A stretch of DNA of 64,000 bases from the NCBI GenBank assembly GCA_013239625.1, contig MU054323.1:20543082-20607081 (forward strand), written 5' to 3'. The DNA is from Lama guanicoe (taxonomy: Eukaryota). Positions 12,236-23,930 of this stretch are shown here, piece by piece; the stretch's first letter is position 1; each line of letters opens with the position of its first letter. Below the pieces are notes generated by a model that saw only the letters and a program-made list of their open reading frames with translations, was not told where the DNA came from and searched no databases. The translations under genes and the position numbers were made by a program.

Positions 12236-13239
12236 GCTGGGGTTTCCTGCACTTGTCTCCAAACAGAACGGTGGCACTTGTTTGCTTCACAAAGTCCCGA
12301 GCCGCACAGCCCATGGGAAGGATTCCAAGTTGGAGGGTGGCCGGACCCCTGAACCTGGCCAGCCCCACTTCGTCTTGGCAGGAGGAAGTCTTGTTTGCCA
12401 TCCATCCACCATTGCCCACCCCCAGAAGCACACTCAGTGGGAGTTCAGCTAGGGCCAGGCTCCACCAGGGTGGGCAGTTAGGGTGGGGCAGCTCAGGTGG
12501 TAGGAGAGGCTGGGAAAGGCCACGTGGGCCTCCTCCCTCCACCCAGAAGCCACATACACCACATTTAGCAAACACACTCGTAAAAACACACTCTGGCTGG
12601 GGCTCTAGAGTCTTTTAGAGCCCCAGATCCCAACCTGGAGCGACTGTGGATCCTACAATGCATCCATCTGTCCTGCCTCTGCTCCCCAGGTTCTCCTGCT
12701 TTGCCTAAGACCAACATGCACCCACTGGGAGTAATTTTGACCCTTTTCTTCTTTCTTGTCCCCTTGATCTGAACACCCACAACAACACTGCGTTGTCTTG
12801 TGATTTATAAGCTCACAAAACTCACTAAGACTTTCCCTCAATTACTTCAAGGTAAAGAAGTCCTTGGTTTCTCTGCAGACAGGAGGGCCCTACTTCTCCC
12901 TCAGACCCAGACGACCAGGCCCTGGCCAGGCCCCCTCCCACAGGGCTGTGTGGTTTATTTGTGATCTGTTCACTCAAATGTTACCATTGGTGGGAAATCC
13001 CTGACTGTGGTGAGGAAAAGGCAAGAAACATGAGGGACAGGAAGAATTTCCCTGCAGCACAAGTCTCCTGGCCAGGTCCTTCCTGGCCACTGTCCTTTGG
13101 TGAGCAAAGTGTCTCCACCAGGCCACCGTGGGTCTCAGTATCTCCCAGTGACCGGGGTGTGAGGGCAGCAGGAAAAATCTGGCAGCTGTGGTGGGAAATT
13201 TTCAGCAAGCCCAGGAGCCTCCTGGAGAAAAGGCACTTG

Positions 13240-13522
13240 TCGTCACATCAGGTCTCTGCTCAAATATCACCAACTCAGAAAGGACTCCTGAGACCCCTCC
13301 CCACCACCCAGCTCCCAGCCCCGCTTCCTGGCTGTGTGTTTTCCATAGCCCTTCCTACCATCTGACAGCTATCTGTTTTTCTTATTTGTTTTCCTGAAGC
13401 CTCTTCCACCAGAAAGTAACACAGGACCTTTGCTTGGTTCATGACTTTCTCCCATGTGGCCTAGGACATTTTCTAGCACAGAATAAACACTTAATAAATA
13501 TTTGCTGAATGAATGAATGAAT
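13240..13522 (+). mobile_element. L2 LINE 3' end
   Basis: CTCAAATATCACC...AATAAATATTTGCTGAATGAATGAATGAAT, the canonical L2 tail. Confidence 0.85.
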
Positions 13523-14059
13523 TTTGGGGGCCTAAAAGTGGCCAAAAGGATCCATTCCATGGCCTTTCCAGAACCCTTTGGATATGTACTCCCAATGAAT
13601 TCTAGAAGAGCCATTGTCCAGACTCACTGGTGGCCAGTCCAGACCCACTCCAAGGACAGCCCAGACCCAGACCCTCCCCTTGGCCAATCCTGTTGGGGCC
13701 GGTGGCTGCCCCCACGGCTCAGAGTTGCTCCCCTTTCTGGCCTGGCCACAACACCCCGTGAGCTGAGCACCCTGGGTCCCTGCAGGCCTGGAGCTCACAC
13801 GCTGCTAGGGGAGCACCACTACGCCTACCCTGGCCCAGCCCTGGAGATCTCGGGGGCTCACTGCTCAGAGCCACCCTCTCAGCAGAGAACTCAGAACTTC
13901 CCCCAAACTGCGAAAGACATGGCTTGGGCCCAGAGCATCCTTGGTTTCCTCACACTTAGAAGGACCCAGGACTCTGGGATCCTCTGGGAGGAGAGATGAG
14001 AGGCCCGACAGGTGAGCAGACTAGTTGAACCCTGGCCATGGCAGACATAACAGGGAACA

Positions 14060-14245
14060 CAGAGGAGAAAGCCTCCAAGTGGACAGGCAGAGAGAGAGAG
14101 GGAAGGAGATAGAGAGACAGAGACAGGGAAAAACACGCAGAAGCAGAGAGAAAAGGAATCAGAGAGAAACAGTCCGCGAGACAGCCCCGGAGACCGGCAG
14201 GCAGAGAGAGACAGAGGACAAGAGAGCAGAAGACGACGCAGAGAG
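14060..14245. repeat. GA-rich low-complexity tract
   Basis: Degenerate (GA)n/GAGACA array. Confidence 0.8.
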
Positions 14246-14620
14246 GGGCGGCCGAGGGGCCGGCGGGCGCTGCTGAATCGCCGCTCTGTTCCCGGCGCCG
14301 CACTGAGGGGCTTTCTTCGCGGCGTGGGAAAGTGGTGGGCGAGCGCGCGCCCCGCCGCCCTGTGGACGGTAATTAGCCGGATTAGGGCGGGAGCCGCGCG
14401 GGCCTGCCGAGAACAAAAGGCCCCTCTTTGCCCGCGCAAACGGCGGGGTCGCCAGGTCACCAGGCAGGGTCCCCCAGGAGCAGGCGAGGGGACGTGCGTC
14501 CGGAAAATGAGGCCTCTGTGCACCTGGCGGGCCCGGCTTTGGGGTCCAGACGGGGATGCGGGGGGAGAGCAGGGAGCAAGAGGAGAGTCGCCGGAGACCG
14601 CAGACACCGCAGAGCGCAGG
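14170..14620. promoter_or_regulatory. CpG-rich island without an associated gene; candidate enhancer/promoter
   Basis: Dense CpGs; CGTGGGAA 14323-14330; TAATTA 14370-14375; GGATTA 14379-14384; GC box GGGCGG 14385-14390; ACAAAAGGCCCCTCTTTG ~14413-14430. Confidence 0.6.
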
Positions 14621-14639
14621 GATCTGAATGGTCTTATTG

Positions 14640-14825
14640 GTAATAGTATTGGCGACATGGACACCATTTATTGAGCGCTTACTGTGTGCCAGCTCCACGC
14701 CAAGCTGTCCATCATCTTGTTTAATCCTCATCACAACCGTCCCAGGCGGATCCTATAATGCCCCAGTTTTATAGATAAGGGAAATGGGTGCAGCGATTGT
14801 GACTTGCCCAAGGTCCCGCAGTAGA
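14640..14825 (-). mobile_element. MIR SINE (retains CpGs)
   Basis: CATTTATTGAGCGCTTACTGTGTGCCAG...TTTAATCCTCATCACAACC...GACTTGCCCAAGGTC. Confidence 0.85.
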
Positions 14826-15499
14826 TGTGGTGCCTCCTACGTTTGCTGGCCTTGAGTAGGCACTTGTCATTTACAATGAATGAATGAATGAAATGAATGA
14901 ATGACAAGGTTGGCCCTTACCTCATTCTGTGTTCTGCATATGACCTGGGAGGAAGTGGGGGCTCCCAGCCGGACACAGAGGCCCACTCCCTTCAGGGAAG
15001 TGATTCTGGGAGATCCATGCAGGGGTGTGCAGTAGTAACACCCCCATTCCCCACCCTGGGCAGTGCATGGGACGCCGGTCACTAGGGCCAGGGGCTCAAA
15101 AGATAGGAAATGTGACCATTCGGTTTCCTTTCTAGCAGCCTCAGCAGAACCGTACCTCCCTCAGGGATCTATGCCTGTGCCCCTCCAGTGCACAAAGCAG
15201 CATGAAGAGCTGGTGGTGACTCATGGAGGTGGGAAGAGGAAGACTTTCCCCTGCCACCTGGCTCTCAGTAGCCACTCCAGAGGGTCCAAAATGCTCCAGT
15301 TTTAAATGAGGAAAATTCTCTGGGCTGTGGGTGTCATCCCAGCTGACCAAACAACCCTTCTGACAGGTGGTGTAGTCAGAGAGCACACTCCCCTGTGCAC
15401 AGGAGCCAGCAGGCGATGGAAAAGAGAGAAGTGGACTAGGGGGCTGGTGAGATGCATTGGAGGGTGGGAGGAGACTGTGGCAAAGTCTGCAGTAAATGG

Positions 15500-15685
15500 G
15501 GCAGAGACTGCTCACTCTGGCCCATTGGGGCCTTATGGGCCAAACCAGCCAGGCCTGAGCTTTTCAAGAGAGAAAGAAATTCAGACTTTTAAGTGAGATT
15601 TCCCAGTTTTAAAATATGTTGTGGGCCACACTAACATAGGTAGGGTCCAGATTCAGCCCGCAGGTCGGCAGCTCACAGCCCCCCT
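15500..15685. mobile_element. hAT-Charlie-like DNA transposon fragment
   Basis: GTGAGATTTCCCAGTTTTAAAATATGTTG...CAGATTCAGCCCGCAGGTCGGCAG. Confidence 0.45.
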
Positions 15686-16089
15686 TCCTAGGTGTAGCAT
15701 TGGAAATATTCTTGGTATTTTGAGCCTGGAGAAGAAGAAACACCCCCTCCCTTCTCCCAAGTCCCCCTCTTCTTCCAGCTTCTCTAGGGTCAGTGAGTGA
15801 GGAAGGGGTTAGGGATGGGTGTTGGAGGATGCCTGACCCCTGCTCAGATCGCTGTGCCTGCATCAGGCTGCCCCCAGGATGGAGAGGGCTCAGGCAGGAA
15901 GCTTCCAGGCCACTGAGGTGCATGGCCAGAAGCTGGAGGTTGTCACACCCAGCTCATCGAGGGGAAGCCCAGTGAACTAGTAAATGAGAGTTGTCTCCTG
16001 GGACAGCGGCACTGGAGTGTAGAAGCTGCTGGCAGAGGAGAAGGAAATGCCAGCTCTGCCCAGTTCTTCCTCACACCCCATCTCCATTA

Positions 16090-16190
16090 CCCTCATGAAC
16101 TTCTTGTCAAGTGCAAGATTACTGTCACCCCACTTCTCAGATGAAGAAACTGAGGCACAGAGGGCTGGAATATTTGTCTGAAGGGAGTAG
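16090..16190 (-). mobile_element. MIR SINE core
   Basis: CAGATGAAGAAACTGAGGCACAGAGGG. Confidence 0.75.
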
Positions 16191-17879
16191 AGAGTGGGCC
16201 TCTAGGGGCATAGCTTGAAGAGGATCAAAGTTAGAAATTTGTTTGAAATGTTGTGTTTTCTTTTAAAATGATGTGAATTTTGCTTCCTACTTCATAACAT
16301 AAGCATGGTTATTTCAATGCAAAAATAATAGTAGTTTTTCTTCCCATAGTCTGGTAAATCTAGCCTTGAGAGGCTGAGTCACATTTATCCTATGGCATCT
16401 CAAACTTGTGGCACTTCATCATGAAGCCACAGCCGTCCACAGCCACAAGAGAGAGAAGCTCGGCTTGGGGGACCAGCCCCCTAAAGTCAGCTCACGACAA
16501 CCCAGGGCCCTGACTTTCTTGGAGGGCATGATTAGCATAAAAGAGGTTTGGTTGCTGTCCGTCTCTCCTCATTTTTCCATTCCTCATGGAAAACGGTGGG
16601 GTGGGGCCTCTGCTGCTCCGTGGGGCAGACAGTCTAACTGAGTGGCTCAGAGCTGAGTCCCCGAGGGGCCACTCGTGCTTCTGCAGGTCCTGCCGCCCGC
16701 AAAGCCAGGACACAGCCTCCTCTTTCCTCCTCTCTTGGCTACCTCCAGGTCCTCTCCCTTTTACAGACAAAACTGCCACAGCAGCTGTGCCTCTAGCTCC
16801 TGAGGACACCTGATCTGCCGACAGGGGCTGTGGTGCGGGGAGGGCCTGATGCCCCGGGGAATGGCTAAGCGGTGGTGGTGCAGCCAGGGGACAGGCCACG
16901 CTCTCTGGCCCCTTGATCCTAAAGGAGGACAAATCAGGGCACCCAAGGCCTCAGGAGTGGAAAGCCAGAGAAGGGGGCATGGGGTGAAGAACAGCTTGAA
17001 CCCAGAGAAGGAGCTTCAGAACCTGGGAAGCGGGAAGAACCTTCTCCTTTCTCAGGGATACCCACCACTGGCCCTCGCCAGCCCAGTGGAGTGCTCTGGG
17101 GGGTTCTGGGGTTCTGGGGGCCTCTCCCACTGCTCCTCCAACACTGGCCCACTTTTCCCTTCTGGTGGCTGATGGTGGTTTCGGAGACAACTGAGCCAGA
17201 ATACCTAAAGCACAGGAATGCTTGCTTCCTGCCCCGACCCCCACCCAGTTAGACTGGGAGACATTCTTGGGGAAGGAATTACTCAAAAGAAACCCCAGTT
17301 CTGGCGAGAAAGCCCTCTGAGAAATGTGGGAAACGCCTGGAGCTGCTACAGTCCCCGATCAAATTTCCTTCTGAGTACTGGTTTCCCAGCCCGGCCAGAA
17401 CTTTCAAGTCGCAGAGTCCCTCTCTTCGCCTCTTTCCCCACTTTGCGCGTAACCAGCACGAGGGCTCACCTTCCAGCTCAGGAAGCACAAGGCACAGCCC
17501 AGCCCCTTCCAGGGGTGGAGGGAGGATTTCATTCCCAGGCTTCATGCTAATTACATTGACCACTTATTCAAGCCTCCACCCTGGAGGAAGACCAAATTCC
17601 CACAAGTGTCTCCCTTCTTCCCAACTCTCCACCTGACCTCAGCTCATCTTCTAGGGCATAAACATGGACATAGGTCTCCAGACTAAAGCACTCAAGAGGG
17701 CCAACTGCAGCGAGGCAGGCCTGGGTCTGAGGAGGAGGCACAAAGAGAAACCCGCTCTACCCATCACTGAACTTGACATCATGGCCCTGGACACGCACTG
17801 TGGAAAGATGGATCTGTGCGTCCAAGACTGCAGTAAGCGGTGAGCCCAGGGTCTGATCCAGGCAGCCTTCATGTCCTGC

Positions 17880-18390
17880 TGATGGGATGAGGGAAGACGT
17901 CTGGATGCACAGCATCCGTAGCTGGATTCCAGCCAGTGTTTCATAGCATCCTTCGTGATACCAACCTAGAGGGTGAAGCCGGCCAGGTCCAGGGGTTTGT
18001 GAGTCCTCAGGGGTTGGACCTCAAGGCCCATGGCAGCATGGAGAGAGCTTCCTCTACAGCCTTGGGCTTGGCGCCTTCGACATATTTGTCCGGGGCTTGG
18101 ATGAAGAGGTGGGTGGGAGACTCCTCAAATTTGCAGACCAACAAAGCTGAGAAGAGTGGGAAATACACTGAATAATAAAATCCCAAAGGTTTGGTCATGC
18201 TAGGTGAGCAGGCCACATTTCAGAGGTGAGTCTGAGGAGAGTTCAATGCCAGGATCTGCTATGGGATCCAAGAAATCAGCTGCCTCAACACATGTGACAA
18301 ACTGATAGATGCGGGGCATTCGGCGTAGTGCCAGCAGCTGTGTGAGGAATCTGAATGGAACAGAGACGTGATCCTCAAGTGCACTGAGAA
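17880..18390 (+). mobile_element. L3/CR1 LINE reverse-transcriptase fossil
   Basis: CTCAAATTTGCAGACCAACAAAGCTG (~18123) is a degenerate KFADDTKL motif; upstream CTGGATTCCAGCCAG...CTTCGTGATACC resembles LDFSKAFD...HDIL. Confidence 0.6.
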
Positions 18391-18454
18391 AAGTCGTGTT
18401 TTCTGGGATTTCTTTGTCCCCTAAATCCCATTAAGGGATCTCTTGGGATTCACT

Positions 18455-18597
18455 GGCCACTCACATCAAAAACCTTTGGGGCTTGTTAAAAATTCAGATT
18501 TCCTGGCCCATCCAGGAAGCTCATTCAGGCACTATAGGGATAGGGCCCCAGAATATGCATTTTCAGCCACCTTCCAGGTGATTTTTGAGAACACTGT
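18455..18597. mobile_element. MER5A-like MITE
   Basis: GGGGCTTGTTAAAAATTCAGATTTCCTGG...GAATATGCATTTT...CCAGGTGATTTTTGAGAACACTG. Confidence 0.7.
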
Positions 18598-18944
18598 CAG
18601 CTCTGCCTTCCACGGTAGCCCATGCTGGGCCCACTTGCCACAACTGTCCTCTTAGCAAATTCAGAGGACCCCCTGCCCAGCAAAACTTCCCTCCACGCTA
18701 AAAATTCCCCTAGTGGAGATTTGCCTCTTTGGGTTAGGACTCTGCTCCTACAAATGATCTTGTCAGTGAAGATTTTAAAAGATAAAGACAGCTGGCTTCC
18801 AGCAAAATTGTGGTGGGGGCACTGGGTAGCGACACAGGCTGGACTTCCCAGACAAAGAGTGAGGCTTAATCATACTGCCAGAGGGCCACGATCCAGCTCG
18901 GCCTGAAGCCGTGGAGAGACTGAGAAATAAGCCGTTTGTTCCTC

Positions 18945-19190
18945 GCTGGCGTGGGAAGCACTCAGGCTTTGGAGAATCAGCCTGACCTGAGTGTAAATCC
19001 CGCTCGGGCCCTCAGCAGCTGTGTGACCCTGAGCATTGACTTCAGCTTCTCTGAGGCTTAGATTTCCTCTCTGAGATATTGGCACGTTCCTCACCCAGCT
19101 GTTCAGACAAGTCGATGAATAACGTATATGAATGTATGTAGGCAAAGACTTTGGCACACAGTAGGTTCTCAATGTTGCTTACTGAAGGCA
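18945..19190 (+). mobile_element. MIR SINE
   Basis: GGCTTTGGAG...AAATCCCGCTC...GCTGTGTGACCCTGAGCA...TTGGCACACAGTAGGTTCTCAAT. Confidence 0.8.
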
Positions 19191-20529
19191 TGAATGGGTA
19201 AATAAATAGTGGATGGATGGCTTATTTGAATTCTTCTTTTTCACTTGCAGACAATCAGCCTCTGCCCCAAGTTGATTATCCCTACTTTCCCCACATCAGT
19301 GTATCCCCCTGACATCTCACAGACGTCTTGATTTGGGGTCCAAGTTATGTCTTCTGGGAAAAGCCCCTCTCCTTTCCCCACCCCTCTCCCCCCAAATGCC
19401 CTTCTCCCAGCCCCTGTCCAACTGCCAAGAAATTCCTGTCTGGCATTGGCTCTCAAATTCAGCCCAAGGGCAAATCTCAGGGCACAACCTTTTGCAGATT
19501 CCCATCATAGGCCAGGCGCGTGTGCCTGACCCCAACTCAGGTCACCTTTCTGGCCAGCCCCTGAGAACAGCCCATCTTCAGGCCGGCTGGGACTTGCAGA
19601 GGAAAATCAGCTGTGTGAGGCACAAATCCTGCCCCACTGGAACTTGGACTCGAGGAGGAAAAATAGGAGACAGTTAGAAGGTGGTCACCACTGAGTGTGA
19701 GAAAGTGCTCCCAGCTGGCAGAGTTAGAGAAGACTTCATCAAGGCGGGTGACGTGGATCTTAAAGGACGGATAAATTTGAACATGCAGGGTTGGAGGGGA
19801 GAGCATTCTAAGGAGAGGGAACAGAGGGGCAGAGTAGGGATGGTGCTGTCTAGCAGGAGCCCAGGGGATGAGGAGATGGATGAGCAGAACAGACTGTAGG
19901 ATTGGCGAGGGGCAGGCGCTTGCAAGGCACACACTTGACTCCCTTGCTGTGAATCCAGGCAGAAGCTGGGGCTGTGATCGGGTGTGGCCCCTCTCTTTCT
20001 CCCCTCAAGGCTCTTTCTGTACCCCACTATGGGCTCCCCCAGCAGTGTCTGTGAGCTCTGGCCTGGGTCCTCTGGTGACCCATGGATGCTTGGTGGGCTA
20101 CCCCTTCTGGGGCCATCTGCATTTACAAAGCTGCACAGATTGTGCCCATTCCTGCTCCCAAAGGAAGGAATGGAGGAAGTTTAAGCCTCGTACAGGCCGT
20201 TGGGGGGGTCTGGTGAAGCTCGTGGAAGGGTGAGGGGCTTCTCAGGCCCAGGCACGTGCAGCTGCTCCCTTGGTTGGAGGTCCCCCCCGCTCCTCCCCAC
20301 TCCTGCAGCCTGCAAGTGGCAGGTCTCACCCCTGCACTTTCCCCAGCTAATCTGAGCCACACAGAGAGCAGCCAGCCTGCCAGCGGGTCTGGTTTCACTG
20401 GAATGTTGGCATCAAACTTGAGATCGGAAATGAACTCATTATCTGATTATTTTTATTTATGAAAATGTAACTGCTCTGGGAGAGGTCTTTCTTGAATAGT
20501 CTTCTGAGTGGATGAGTAATTCTCTCCCC

Positions 20530-20870
20530 TTTATACACACACGCTCAGACACATATGTCCAGGCACACACAGGCACGTACTCAGATATTCCGAACCCCAC
20601 CCCGTTAAGACACAAACACACACATCACACATATACACACACAGGCAGTCATGGTCCAGCAGACACATACTTCAGGTACACACACTATCACATGGAGACA
20701 CGTGTTCTGGGCCTAATAAGCTCCTCTGAGGGCAGGGACTTTGTCTCTTTTATTTATTGCAGAATCCCTAGTGGCACATAATAGTCAATCAGTAAATATT
20801 TACAGATTGAATGGCTAAGCAGTAGACACGCACACACATCACTCAGACACACACACGTATGTGTGTGTGC
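20530..20870. repeat. CA-rich low-complexity tract with an embedded L2 3' end (20715-20815, +)
   Basis: Degenerate (CA)n; TAAGCTCCTCTGAGGGCAGGGACTTTGTC...AAATATTTACAGATTGAATG. Confidence 0.7.
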
Positions 20871-21499
20871 ATGGCTGCCCAGCCTCTCTCCCTTCACAAA
20901 GGGTCTTACCCACACAGAGAACAGCAACGTCAGAGAATGCTTAATTCCACAGCCTAAAGTCTTCACACCATGAGCCACACCTAGCATTAGCTGAGAACAC
21001 ATCAGCCAGAACTTTCCAGTGGAGAAGTCCAGTGAGATGTTCCCGGGAGGCCAAGGCAGCTCCTCCTCTGACCTGCTAAGGCCTCACCAGATGATTGAAG
21101 CCATCCTACCAGCTTTGTTGATCTGAGGCCTAAGGTGATGGTCTGGCCAAGAACGCCCGAGGTAGTTACGCAGGGCAACCTGTTTTCCAGGAATGTTCTC
21201 TGGAGGCTGCCCTCACTCACCCACAGCTGGCTCAGTGGCAGGTCCTGGCACAGGGTCTTGGGCAATGCCAGCCCCCAGGCTTTGTCTGTCTCTCTCTCCT
21301 CCAGCCCATGGCCATGACTCAGGCTGTCCCTGGCCTGTGAATGTCTCCCTAGGAGGAGACCAGGCCAGAGGCAGGGCTGGTGGGCAGGCCGGGGTGGAGA
21401 GTCCAAGAAAGGATGGCCCGGAGTCTGATCTTAGGGAAAAGCACTCAGCAGGACCATGACCCTGACCCCTAACTGTTCTTGAAGGCCTCCCGTTAGAGA

Positions 21500-21610
21500 G
21501 GGCAGCCTGCTGTAATGGAAAGAGTGTTGGGCTGGAATGAGGCTCACCTGGGCTGACAACCTGGCTGGCCCCCTGCTGGCTGTGTGACTTTGGACAGGTC
21601 ATTGACCCTG
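21500..21610 (+). mobile_element. MIR SINE 5' part
   Basis: TGTAATGGAAAGAGTGTTGGGCTGGA...GCTGTGTGACTTTGGACAGGTCA. Confidence 0.7.
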
Positions 21611-21954
21611 GAACTAAATGTCCACCAGCATCTTGGGCAATCACATCCTTCCTGCCTCGCTGCCCTCGGCCCCACGCTCCCCCATCTCCCTCCCAGGCCC
21701 TGAAGTAGAGCCCGCAGCTCCCTCTGCAGCCATTCAGGCCTCTTCAGGTGATTCCAGGGTGCAGAGCCCTCCAGGGTGGGCCGTGCAGTTCCTCACACCC
21801 AGCAGTGTGTGAGAGCTGCCTGACCTTCCCAAGAAGCGGCACCCGGGGTGGGAAGGCCCACCGGAGAGGAAGGGCAACTTGCTTTGCTAACACCACTATG
21901 CCCCAAGGCCAAGCCGATGAGAAGGAAGGACTGTGATCTCTTAAAGCTCCAAGT

Positions 21955-22460
21955 CCCCCAGCAATTCCACTCCTAGTTACATGCCCTGGAGAATCAAATG
22001 CATGTGTCTATGAATAGTTATGCACACAAATGCTTTCCTCAGAGTAACTCAAACTGAAAACAGCCCAAATATCCATCCATAGGAGAAAGGTTAAACACAC
22101 TGGGGTGTATCCATATAGTGGACACATATATTCATACGGACAGTGATAAAACACAACAAGAGCTTCTGCTACACACAAAACAGCATGGATGAGTCTCCCA
22201 GGCATGATGTTGAGTGAAATAAGCCAGATATCATTTGTAGAAGGCCAAGGACGGTCACAATGAATTGACGGTGACAGAAGTTAGACCACTGGTCACCTCC
22301 AGGGGTGGTGATCACTGGGAAGGGGCTCAGGAGACCTTCCTCTCTGCTGAAATGTTCCATCTCTTCATCTAGTGGTTACATGGTCACAGACACATATGTG
22401 GCAATCTGCCCAGCTGTACACTTAAGCTCTGCTAATGCTGACATATGTAAGTTTTACTAG
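21955..22460 (+). mobile_element. Old L1 (L1ME-like) ORF2 end/3' UTR
   Basis: CCAGCAATTCCACTCCTAG...AACTGAAAACAGCCCAAATATCCATC...ATGTTGAGTGAAATAAGCCAGA. Confidence 0.8.
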
Positions 22461-22980
22461 GGGAGTGACCCAAGTCACAAAAGGTCTTCCCCACACAGAA
22501 AGGAGGAGTTCTAAAGGGAACTTGCAGGATTTGGGGGTCGAAGGCCACAGTACAGGAAAAGAATGAAGCCAATAGTGGAAAAGAGAAGGCCCAGAGTGCT
22601 CCCCCCAGAGAGGCTGGGTGACTTGGCCAGGGAGGGGTTACCGTGAAGGAGGCGGCAGGGACCTGACCCTCCCGCTGACCCCACATGTGCCAGGTCAGGT
22701 TACCCTTCAGGGGGTGTCCTGCACAGGGCTAGGCATGGGGGCTGGGACCCAAGATGGAGGCTGGCCTCAGACCATCTGTCTCCCCTCTTCCTTCCCTGCC
22801 CACAGCTCTGGGGCAAAGAGGCTAAGCCCCCAAACCTCTGTTTCAGCTCCAGTTAATAGATAAACTCAATCTGCCCCAATGTGCTTAAACAAAAGGTGTA
22901 AAGGAGAGAGCTAATTCATTCTGCTCTGCTTTATCCTAAACTCCTGGATAGAATCTCTCATAAGAAAGAGCATTCCAACC

Positions 22981-23046
22981 AAATATTGACACAACATTGT
23001 AAACTGACTATACTTCAATAAAAAAAGAATGCAAAAATTAAAAAAA
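22981..23046 (+). mobile_element. Very short 5'-truncated young L1 3' tail
   Basis: ATTGACACAACATTGTAAACTGACTATACTTCAATAAAAAAAG followed by an A-rich tail. Confidence 0.75.
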
Positions 23047-23789
23047 GCATCCCAGGAACCGCATGCTGGCCGGCTACCCTCGGGGCCTCTCGCTGATGCT
23101 CTGGGGACCTGTGAGTGGCAGGACTGGATGTCTCGGTGTGTGTCTGCCTCTGGGTATTGTTTCCTTACAACGGGGTCCTCTGGTTTTATTTTCACATACC
23201 CCCCATTCTGCTCTCTTGCCCCTGTTCAACACCCCCGCCCCTCCCCCACAGATACACCCATTTTCCTGCCTATCAGTGGAATCTGATTAGCTTTTCACAA
23301 TGGCGTGGAGACACTGAGTCCTCATCCTCCTTGGACATGGTTTAAGGAACCCAGGGAAGGCAAAACTTAACCTTAAGGCATTGCTTTCAAGGGCCATGAC
23401 AGGCAACTCAGAATCTCACCGCAATACAGGCCTTGAAGGCTAATCATGGGTGGATGATGGCATTTTGAGGACTTGGGAGTCAAAGGCATAGCACCCCCTG
23501 TCCCTGGAGCCCCAGCATATGAGTGACCAAGTGGATTCAGCAAAGAGAGGCTGCCAAGCTTTGGGACACATCTGCCACATCTGTCTCTGGGAACCAAAGG
23601 CCCCAGCACTGGGGCTCCCATCCCCCCACGCACCCTTGTCCCTTCTCCTTCCCTAGGCGGTCCCCACTCCCCTCAGCCCAATCTCCTCACAGATTCCAAG
23701 GCCCACGGTGGGCACCCTCACCCTCCTCCCTCAGGCCCCACCCGACGGCAGACTTGCAGCACAATTACTCCAGAGCCTGTGAGGCAGGT

Positions 23790-23930
23790 GCATGCAGGGT
23801 GACGTTGATATTACACTCGCTCCACAGGTGAGGAAATCTCGGTTGAGAAATTGAGTGGTTTCCCTGAAGTCTCACAGCCGGTAATCATTGGAGTCAGGAT
23901 TTGAACCCCGGGAGTCGGACTCCAGAGCCC
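23790..23930 (-). mobile_element. MIR SINE
   Basis: ACAGGTGAGGAAATCT...GTCAGGATTTGAACCCCGGGAGTCGGACTCCAGAGCCC. Confidence 0.75.

Noticed and set aside
13891..14667. 258-aa minus-strand ORF, the longest in the window
   Set aside because: It runs across a MIR edge, a CpG island and a GA-rich repeat; the composition is low-complexity Arg/Pro/Ser/Leu with no recognisable domain
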